A stretch of DNA of 64,000 nt, from the NCBI GenBank assembly GCA_000091205.1, contig AP006502.2; one strand, 5' to 3'. The notes beneath the pieces were generated by a model that was not told the DNA's origin, did no database searches, and was given only the letters and a program-made list of their open reading frames with translations. This DNA comes from Cyanidioschyzon merolae (taxonomy: Eukaryota). A program made the position numbers and the translations under genes. Position 1 is the stretch's first letter. Every line of letters starts with the position of its first letter. Below, piece by piece: positions 30,454 to 40,385 of this stretch.

Positions 30454-32386
30454 CTGTTCGTAAGGAAGAGACGAGCGAGCATGCCGATATCATCCGTTTG
30501 CGGGCGATTCAATCGTACGATCGCCTAAACAGGTAACACAATACGCGGGACCTAACAGCACCTCATCCTTCATCGAGGCACTCGTCGGGTTTCCCGCTTC
30601 CTATGATGTTCCGTGCTGCTTTCAGGAAACGCTGGTTTCCATCACTCAGAATCTGCCAAGGAGTATGCAACTGAGGCTGGCATTGAGCCGCTCTTCGTGC
30701 CCGCCTATTCTTTCTGGCTCACTCCGATTGAGGGCGCTCCCTCTGTTCCCGAACGCCATTGTTACGTTAACGGATCATTAGACGGGTCACTCGCTTCTGC
30801 GACACCGTTCTTTGAGGAATCGTTCTCTGCACTCAACAATCCTGAGCCGCTGTGTTGCTTTTCTGCTCGTTGGCGGGATGGGGTGCAAGCGCGCGCTTCG
30901 GTCTGTGGGTGTTCGCGCTACGGAAAACGCCATGAAAAGGCACCTGAGACAGCACAGATCCATGGAGACATAGAAGGAGCGAGTTCCGGAGCCACCGTCT
31001 ACCCAGTGCCTCTGGAATCCGACGAGAAAGCGTACATAGCGTACAGCGACGATACCCATGACTCCCCGCCATGTCAAGGACACGGCGACGGAAGAGCTGG
31101 TCTCCGCGGGCAAGTACGCAGCATTCGAACAACTCTGCGAAGGGCAATCAGGAACGCGCCCAGGTTTTCTTGCCTACAGGGATAGGCTGAAGGAAATGTA
31201 CACGGGCGACAGACGCTGATGGAATATCAATCAGCACGCACTTTGTGAAGCCGGGACCTCTGTCGCGACATTGGACGCATGCCCGAGCCCTCACAGTAGA
31301 GGAAGCGAAGCGAACGACTTTGTGGCGGGCGTGGATCCCGCGTCGAAGAACATCGCATTCATCGCCGTATCGCTAGATATAGCGGACGCAACCAAAGACC
31401 TGACCTGAAAACAGGTGAAGCCGTTTAACTTTCCCACTACTCCATTTCATTGGGATTCGGGTACGGTGGAAGTCAGGAGGTATCCGAACATCTGGAACGA
31501 CAAGGTCGGAACCGATCCCGATGCACCGAGCACCGTACGGAGCAGAGGCGAATGCTTCGTGCGCTTCATTCAGGAAGTACGCGAGTGTCGAAATGAACCA
31601 TATGGGCGGTTGCTGGCAGGATAACCTGGGATCACGCTGAACTCGGCAACGGTATCGGTAGAACGTAGACACGACTCGCGCATTCGCCACTTCCCTCAAC
31701 GGGCCGGAAACCAGGTGATCTCAAAGTCGTGTCGTTTGGTGATGCAAGTCAATGGCATTAGACGTGCTGCAATGCCCAGAAGCCCGCACTCCCGGTCAAA
31801 CGGCCAGACCGAACAACGAGTCCAGGAATCGAGTATCTGCGAGACCCATCGATGCGTTCAGCACGACATGTGTACGCATCACGAGCATGCGGGACCGCTG
31901 AATCTGGTAGAAAGAAGAGCGCGACACATAGACGGATGCACGAGAAGGTGCACAGTGAGGTGACTGAGCGTCAAATGGCGAGGCAGTTGCAGGTGGGAAA
32001 CGTGCTATGGTGTGATTCCAAAAGGCGTTCATGTGCGCTGGGGCACGCTCCGCACTGAGCACTGAATGTGTCGAACGGCAGCCGATGATGACCCGCGCTT
32101 CCGGAGCGTCCAGCTGATTTGTATGGCGCGAATGTTCAAGCGAATCGTTTCATAGCTCGTGTAGGCACTGTGGAAAATGCGGAGCACGGTCGAGAGCGTA
32201 AAATTAGGGTGCCGGAGAGAAGGCACTGGATTCTCGCCTGGATCCAGGCAGTCGTGTAGACCGGTTCAGCAATCCATCAAGGCTGGGTCATCTTGTTTAG
32301 AGATAAACCAGGGCGGATTTCCCTTTGGGAGACTGGTGAAACATCAAGGGATACGATTCCTCGATATTGGTGGGTATTCTGGCAGG
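30454..32386 (+). mobile_element. Repeat family B copy 2
   Basis: Co-linear with 13953-15885 and carries the same transposase-tail ORF, here at 30613..31185. Confidence 0.65.
30607..31185 (+). pseudogene. DDE transposase tail (Tc1/mariner-like), copy 2
   Basis: 190-aa ORF near-identical to 14112..14684, with the same ..AYSFWLTPIEG motif. Confidence 0.5.
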
Positions 32387-33683
32387 ATCCCGCTGAGCGT
32401 CGAGCGCATGACGGCTTCTTTGAGGGTGTTTCCGCTTCGTTGTTCGCGTCATTGCTGCCCCGGCAAGTTCACTTAACCTTGCGCCACTGCACACCAGATA
32501 GCAGTCGGTGCCCCGTTGGAAGCGATGTGCGTGGTGCGTAAAACACAGAAGCCTCAGCTCCTGGACCCAGAAACGCTCACTAATGCGTAATAGAGGCCAG
32601 AGAAGCGACTAGCACTTCATCGCGCTCAACGCTTTTCTCTTTTCAAGATATCGATAAGGTGTTTCACGCAAACCAGTCGGAATGACATGCTACCCAGTGG
32701 GGAGAAGTGGCAATTGATGCTCGACACGGCTCCCGAACGCCACCTGGATCCGGTGATGTGAAACCAAGTGCCGGAGCGCGTCCTGATAGAAGTTGCATCA
32801 CATACCGATTGCGTTTCAGTTCAACGTATAGACGCACCTTGATAGCTCGTATCAGAATTCGTTCCATTCTAAAACGATGGCGTTACAGGTCGATGTATAA
32901 ACGCACCCTGATACCTCATATCGGTATACGCTCTTATCATGTAATCGTTGCACCATGGCTTCCCTTGTTGTCTCATTCTGGTTGCTTATGGTGCTCATGC
33001 TCATGTCTAGCGTCGCCAACCGACTTTAAAGTGCTCCAGTCTCGCCGACAAAAGTGTCACGGACTGAGGCGAGCATCAGACTCGGCGTAACCACGCTGCA
33101 AGACGTACCGAGTCGCGGAAACTCCATGGACCATTTCTCGTTCAACAGTGATGACAAGACGGTGACTCAGGCACCTCATGCGCGTGCTTTGCTCATGATG
33201 CCGCCCAAGCGTTCCGCAACGTTATCGGCGAACATCTAGGCAGTGCGGCCACTGGACCCAGCGCTGGCACCTTCCCCGCCGACCCCTGTCTCTGTACGAA
33301 ATGCATAGAAGTGCGGTTCGCTGGAAAGTATGCCATACACACACAAACGCCCCTTTACCGAAGCAGCAGTCGCCAACACGACTCGATACCTCGTGAAGCA
33401 CACATCCAAGTCTCGAAACGTCCGCACGAGGTTCGCAGTAAGCCGGTGTCCGTGTCCGGCACAGAGCCCGAAGTCTCGGCCACTGGAGCGTCAGGGGAAG
33501 CAGCCGCATCGACGTTGCGACCATGAAACCATCGGTGGTATGTGGACCTCCAAGCGACCTCCAGCATCGCGTCACGACGACGAGATGAGGTGAAACGAGC
33601 GCTGCAATCATGTGTATTTCGGAGACAAGAAAAATGGAAATGCGAGACGCGTTCGCAGCACTCCAGTTACCCCGTTTCCCGCT

Positions 33684-35207
33684 TTACCGTCGTTTTTTCT
33701 TACTTGGTTTGCGTTTGGATTTCGTGGATGGATCTTCGGTATCCACAGCATCCCCGTTGGTCTCGCTGGTCCGCGGCGTGAATCCCATGGCCTCCGGGTT
33801 GAGGCGTTCGTCGACAGCACCGTCGAGGGTGCGCGGGGCGCCCACTCGTTCGGGCTGCTTCGATGCCAGGTAACGCTTGATGCCAATAGTTTGGATTGTA
33901 GAGACGATATTATTGGTGACCCAGTACAATCCCAGGCCGCTGGGCACGTTCAGAGAGAACCATCCTACCATGAACGGGAGGAAGCGCAGAATCGCATTCG
34001 CTTGTTGCTGCTGCGGATCCTGAACCGGTGGCTGCAGAATCTTCTGACTGATGGACTGTGAAACCACCAAGAGGCACGGAAGGACCAGATACGCGATTGC
34101 ATCATGCCAGCCTATAGGCGGTGCACCGTTCTGGAACGGAAAGAGCCAGCTGGAAAGCCCCTGGCCCTGACGCACGGGGCCCTCGAGACTCGGCAACCAG
34201 AAGAATCCCTGATCCAACCGATTATCAGCGGCGAGGTTCATGAGCGCTCGATAGAGGGCTATCCAGACTGGCAACTGCACAAAGACTGGTAGACAACCAG
34301 TCAGCGGGTTCACTTTGGCCTCCTGGTACAGACGGGCCGTCTCGAGGTTCAGCAACTGTGGGTTGTCCCGATACCGCGCCTGAAGTTCACGCACTTTCGG
34401 CGCCAGCGCCTGCATCGCCATCGTGCTTTTCATCTGCTTATAGTTGAGCGGAAAAGTGATCGCCTTGACAATAATGGTCAGAAAAATGATAGCGAATCCA
34501 TAAGAGCCAGGAACACCGAGCGCTGCCAGGGTATCGCCGGTGCCCGTGATGATCGTCTCAATCAGGTGCACGAAACCGTTCCAGAGGCCTGCTTTCTGGG
34601 CCCCAGCTGCCGCAGTCGCTGCAGCAGCTGCACTCGTCGAGCCGTCAGCAGCATCGACCAGCAGAAGTGATGCACTAGCCAGCGCAAACGTAACCGTATG
34701 CCAGCTGTCCTGCAGCGCAGCTAGCGATTGACTCGGGTCGACGAACTGTAAACGAAGGGACTGCACACCAACCGAACGCCGGCGCGGCGACATCAAGCCT
34801 ACACGTCGTCGGTTTGGTTCACCACCAGGCCGCAGCCTGCAGCGCCGCCACGCACCCCCGAGGCCGCACCCGGCTGCCGTGTACCCGCACTGCCGCGAAG
34901 CGGTTGCAAGGGAACGCACTGACCCTGTGCCTGACGCATAAAGTCCAGCAACAAAGCCTATTTTACACCCGCAACTTCCAGCAGTCGGTCCAGTCGCAAG
35001 CACTGGAACAAAACGAAACAAAAGCCGCTGCTCGCTACGAGCAATGCTGTTTGTATCGTTCGCCTCCGCCTCCGTGTCCAGCTTTCGCCCAGACACCTCC
35101 AGCAAACGACCGCATATCCGCTGCGTTGACAGGATCTGCAACGCTCCCATACCTGATCCCAGTAATTCGACCTGAAAACGGTCGCAGGTACTACGCAGCA
35201 ACGGCAA
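33684..35207 (-). CDS. ALB3: ALB3/YidC/Oxa1-family membrane insertase (chloroplast ALBINO3-like)
   Basis: SYGFAIIFLTIIVKAITFPLNYKQMKSTMAMQALAPKVRELQARY...VNPLTGCLPVFVQLPVWIALYRAL..GFFWLPSLEGP..NVPSGLGLYWVTNNIVSTIQ aligns block by block with plant ALB3. A long Ser/Arg/Gly-rich N-terminus and a basic C-terminal tail flank the core. Confidence 0.8.
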   Translation of the reverse strand: MPLLRSTCDRFQVELLGSGMGALQILSTQRICGRLLEVSGRKLDTEAEANDTNSIARSEQRLLFRFVPVLATGPTAGSCGCKIGFVAGLYASGTGSVRSLATASRQCGYTAAGCGLGGAWRRCRLRPGGEPNRRRVGLMSPRRRSVGVQSLRLQFVDPSQSLAALQDSWHTVTFALASASLLLVDAADGSTSAAAAATAAAGAQKAGLWNGFVHLIETIITGTGDTLAALGVPGSYGFAIIFLTIIVKAITFPLNYKQMKSTMAMQALAPKVRELQARYRDNPQLLNLETARLYQEAKVNPLTGCLPVFVQLPVWIALYRALMNLAADNRLDQGFFWLPSLEGPVRQGQGLSSWLFPFQNGAPPIGWHDAIAYLVLPCLLVVSQSISQKILQPPVQDPQQQQANAILRFLPFMVGWFSLNVPSGLGLYWVTNNIVSTIQTIGIKRYLASKQPERVGAPRTLDGAVDERLNPEAMGFTPRTSETNGDAVDTEDPSTKSKRKPSKKKRR

Positions 35208-37893
35208 TAGGTGTGAGAATAGCGGGCGGTGTCGACGAGCGAACTCCGTCCAGCGCTTCAGCAGGCCACTGTGTGAAGGGCGATGACGTCGACGGCGGCG
35301 GTGACAGAATCGATCGCGGCAGTACGATCGTCTCTGGTGCGGCGGAGGCGATGGCGGATATGCTGCGGCGCTTTACATGTCGACAGATTCCCAGGATTTC
35401 AAAGACCCGGAAGGCAACACGTTCAAAGTTCGTTGCTATGAAGCATGAGCTTTGGAAAGCGGGTTACGAAAGGTAACTCGCGTCGGGCATACCGTTCCCT
35501 TGCGGGCGAAGCGCACGTCGGCAGCGGGCGACAGCCCCGCATGCTGCACAGCGCCGAGCCCCTGCCTGAAAGAGCGTCCGCTGCGCTCGGGCGTCGCTAC
35601 CCAGCAGTAAGTTCGCAGAGTAGGCCTGCACGTGCTGCATAGTGACCGGAGCCCGTTTCCAGCAATACTTTGCGCGACTCGCAGACCATGGTTCACCGAC
35701 TTGAGGTAGGCTTGCATCAGCGGTCTTCCCGTTCGCAGGCGAAACTGCACTGAGCTGCTCGTTCACCTTGAAAGGTCGCGATTGGCAAGCACGGTACAAT
35801 GCAGAACATTGAGGGGGAACGGTACCGCATGTGCAAAGTGCTCACATCGATCGGCGTGCGGAACGATATGTACATCCATTTTCACGCGATACATATCAAC
35901 CATCATCATGGTTTGGCTTCTGGTGCCTCCAGACCAAACCCCGTGCTCAGAGGATCGCGCTTCTTTCGACGCATGCTGGTGCACTCGCCCGAGGACAGCG
36001 GGAACAGCAAACGCATGTCGCCGCAGTGCATATACGCTGGATGGACGACCACTCGCTTTCGAGCAGTCGACGCTCGCGAGTATTCAGCAAACGTCTTCAT
36101 CATGACGATGTCGCAGTTCCGAGGAATACGCTGTGACACAGCGGCCGGTGTCGCGTTCCTGGCATCCCGCTCCCTTGTTGGCGCTCGTGCGTCCGCATGT
36201 GCACCGAAGGACGCACCAGTGCGCGTCTACGCATTCGGGGTACCAGCTGCGTTGCGACGCCACCGAAAACTCGCGAGTACGCGAAGCTTTGCTGGACGCA
36301 CACCCTAGTATTGCTCAAAACGAGCACCAAGTAGAGCAGCACCTGCCCATGGAGTTGGTACGACAACAATGTCGTGCGTGGTAACCGAGCATTCAGGTGC
36401 TGAAGCGCGCAAACCCGTCACAACCGAAAATACCACCGTCATCGCGAGCGTCTCGCAGACAGTGCAGGAGGCGACGCGTACAACCAGGTCGCCTTGTAGG
36501 AGGCCTCCCTGGGCCGCTGGTGACCCAGCCTCTACCTGCACCACCTTTGCGAACGGTCTCAGGTTCGACTGACCCAGACTCGTCTCAGTCCAGTCTAAGC
36601 TTTGTGCTGGCTGGTTGTCTCCGGGGCGGTGTTCCCGGCTCGAGGCAGCCCGCACCGCTGGTGCGCTCTCCACGACTCGTGACGCAGACGCTGTAGACGG
36701 TGCGGTTTGCGTGTGTGCTGGCCCGCTTGGAAGCATCTCCGGAAGCAGCCTTCCAGTTTCTTTCATTATCAGATAATAGTCGGTTTGCAGGCGCACGAGA
36801 CGTTGACGATACTGGCGGATCTGGTGTACATCGCAGTCCGAACGGGGGAAGCCGTCCTCGTGAACGAGTGGATCTCGCACCCCGGCAGGCGTGGCTTCTA
36901 AGCAGGATACCAAGTGTTCAATGTCACGCACGAATTCTTCTTACTGTAGGGCTAGCGCTAGTAGGCGCTGTACGCTGTCGGAGGTCATTTGTTCGACGTC
37001 TCAGACAGGCGAACGACGGCGCGTAGCTCCAGGCGTTGCCCCGGGAACCTTTACGGACGAGGTCGTTTACGAGGCTCAGCGTCCGAAGACCATAAAACGA
37101 AAGTATCATCGGAACTTGGCTCGAAAGGAATCTGGGCAGAGTGCTGACGCTGTATACGATTTTTGAATGACGACAACAACAGCGACAACCGGCCTCATGG
37201 CATGGTCAGAAATCGGGACTGTCGAGCAGTGGGGCGCACGAAAACCGCACAATTCAAACCAGTTTCTCATTCCAGCGTCTGTGCAGAATGGACTGCAAGA
37301 AACGGGAATAAACGTGTATCCGTAGTCGGGAAGACTGCGGCGCATAGTTTGTTTATGATCAATAAAACGAACGAAATTCCTGTTGAGTAGGGTGATGCAT
37401 ACCTCGCCCGCACAAGCGTAAGATACTACAATGGCTACGCTTTTGATAGAGGCGTCGAGGGGTATCGTGCCAGGCCCCTGCATCCCCTTGTCTGTCGGGG
37501 CGGTACTGCGATGGGCAGTAGCGTCGGCACCAGCGACAGAACCTATAGCAAGAGTTCATTCTACGTGAGTTTCCGATGTACAATACGTTGTTTTGGCTGC
37601 AGTGCACCGGTGAGAGCACGCATGTGCCAATGCGGGGTGTCGGACACGTGTCCTTCATCGATCGGTGCAGCGTCTCGCGCGGTGCACGCATCGCGCTCAG
37701 TGCGCGCACCTAGGAGATCAGGCAGGCGTGAGACACGACGCGCATGCCGCCGTTGAAGGGAAACGTAATCGTGATCAGCAGCGTCTAGCTCTCGTGTTAA
37801 AGTTGTATTTTCGTTGACTTTATGGGCAAGTATAGTTTTCAGTTCAATTGTGTTTGAAAACTCAAACAAGTGTATTCTAGTGTTTTGTCGCAG

Positions 37894-37901
37894 TATATAA
37901 G
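37894..37901 (+). promoter_or_regulatory. TATA box (TATATAAG) of Fanzor-like copy 2
   Basis: Same motif and spacing as in copy 1. Confidence 0.35.
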
Positions 37902-37955
37902 AGGAGCGTTCAAAGAGGGTTCTTTTTCAAAAAAAAAAACTAAACAAGGAAAGTT

Positions 37956-40239
37956 ATGAAAAAGCAAGTCGACGATCCTGGAGGCCCAGTGTCGCCGGCT
38001 GCCAGAAAGAAAACAAAACACAGTGCCGAGTCCAGAAGAAGAGGAGAAGAAAAAGAAGCAAAAGGAGGAGGCTCTACGTCGAGGGATGCAAGAAAGACGA
38101 CTGTACGACGAGAAGGTGGTGAAAGCTGGTCTTCTTGGACATATCAAGGATCCCTACAGGGAAAATTTGCGAGACGCTATCAGAAACCGTGTCGACTCGT
38201 ACTCCAAGAGTATTGTCAAAGCGTCGTCAGGACTGATGCACTCGGCGAGGGAGATGTATCGCGACGTGACGCACATGCAAACAGTCGAGGTCCCAGACGA
38301 GTTGTTCGATACGACCTCTATTCGATACTTGATGCTCGGTACAGGGGAAACGCGGACGGAAAATGAGCGAGTGCATGCCCTCCACGAAAAACATCCCTTC
38401 TACAGCTTCGAGGGTACTCGATACAGGGTTGACTCGTGTATTTACGAATACGGAGCGATAAAGTACCCCACGAGCCTGAATAAACATTTGACCGTGAACC
38501 TCGAACGTTTCATGATACGCGCCGTGTTTGCACTCTACCCGGGCATCTCTCGCAAAGCGATATGGATCATCATCGATAGCATCAAAAACGATAGTAAGAA
38601 TGAACAGGAGATCGAACTTGTTCACGAGAAGACATCATGCAGGAAAACGAATGAAGCTTCTGTAATCCGTGCGGCTATACAAGAGCACCGTGCAGCACTG
38701 GGGCTGGCGAGTCCAGCAGAAAAGATATCAGAGTTGAAAAAAGATAAGAAAAGATACGATCGCCCTGTCCTGCGCTATTCCATATTCCTGAACGGAGAAC
38801 TGGCACGCAGGGCCGATATGGAGCAGGGTGTGGAAGCAAATGCAGTGCCGGAGAAACGGGAAGCTGCGCTTCTGGCGAGGCATTTCAACGTCGTTCGGTT
38901 ACGCGAGATCAAGTCCCATTTGTGACGATCGACTCCACAGTCTTTCAGGACATCATGAAGGAGATCTGTCCGGATTTCGATGTCAGCAGGGAGGTGTTCT
39001 CCGGCGAAAACCGGGAGACGTTTGAAATCGAAGATATTCTGCTTCGATTTCAAACGCCTCAAAGTGAGCAAGCAAAAGCTATCCGCGGGGATGATCGAAA
39101 CCGATGGCGTAGCCATGTGAGTTGACTATCGGCGGTTGAAAAGCGATCGTCCTGGCCCGTGTTCGATATTGCCCGTGACGAAGCATGAAGATGAGAAGGA
39201 GGCGGGTCCTGCGACGCAGGAGGTGGAGGATAACGGCTTTATCGTTGGCGCGGTGAAGCATGATGAAAACAAGAAGGCGGATCTTGCCACACAGAAAGTG
39301 CAGGATAACGACTTTGTCGTTGGCGCGGACCCTGGGAACACGAATATCATAGCCATCGCAGTACCGAAACGTGCGGAATATGGTCACGACGGTAACTTGC
39401 GCCAGAAGGACATGGGTCTGTCGAGATTCTCGACAGCGAGATACTATCGAGAATCCGGTATAATGAATGCGAGGAAGAAAATCGAGACATGGAATGCAGG
39501 AATGAAGGAGCACCTGGAAGCCTTGAGCGAGTTGACTAGCCGAGGAGCGGACTTTGAAGCTTTTCGGAATTTCATGGAAGTTCGTGTTGCGCATTGGGAT
39601 GCACTGTGGGAGGAGTATACAAAGCCCTGGTGGGATCGTCTACGTATTAATCTATACTGTCGGAAGCAAGCTGCATTCAAGAAAATTTTCGATGAGTTCA
39701 GCGCCTTGGAGGAGGATGAAAGTCAGAGGCTCGCATTAGCGAACGGAGCAGGGCGCTGGGCTCCGAAAAAAGGGTGTACACCAGCTCCAACTACACGAAC
39801 ATACAAGGAGTGCGCAAGGCGTTTCGCTACGATACCTGCAGATGAGTTCCGAACATCGTATACATACCATGGACTCGGGTGCACATTTCAAAAGGTCGAG
39901 ATGGGAAAGTGTTAACGGAGCCCTGAAGATATAAAAAAGTACGGACCGCTGACAGAAGAGCAACTGGAAAGAAAAGCGAAGGCTTGAGGGCTACTCGCAT
40001 TAGTAAGTACAACCAATGGCAAGAAACTTATGGGATTCCTGTATCGCGACTTTGAGGCCGCTATCAATATAAGGGCATGTGCGGTGCTGGAGCATAGACC
40101 TCCAGAGTTGACACGAGAGAATTTTATGGGGCAACCTGTCAAAGTGGGACTATATGAGAAAACTATGAAACCAGTAGCAGGTGGCCGGTCGAGAGAAACT
40201 GGGAGGCGTCTGCAGCTCAGCTGGCGACTTCGTGTCTAG
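37956..40239 (+). pseudogene. Fanzor/TnpB-like RuvC nuclease, copy 2, disrupted differently from copy 1
   Basis: A 2-bp deletion near 37990 splits the N-terminus into ORFs 37956..38366 and 38023..38925. The stop at 38923-25 is shared with copy 1. Copy 2 reads through where copy 1 has TGA (tatCGAgaa here versus catTGAgaa at 11009-11011). An extra stop (gcTTGAggg) lies near 39985. RuvC-I GADPG and RuvC-III RDFEAAINI are retained. Confidence 0.65.
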
Positions 40240-40385
40240 GGCGCGGGTCACGCGCCACTACTATACTTCCGACCGCAGCAACGTTTGGTGGGTGAAGGCA
40301 GCACGCCTCATTTCGAGTGCTGTGCTCGAGTTTATACCCCAGCTGCGGGAACTTTTGCGGATAGCCATTTCTCGCCAAGTGTCTC

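Larger units (their letters stand above)
35340..40268 (+). mobile_element. Repeat family A copy 2
   Basis: Co-linear with 6902-11830. It lies between the divergently oriented ALB3 and ABC transporter genes. Confidence 0.7.
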
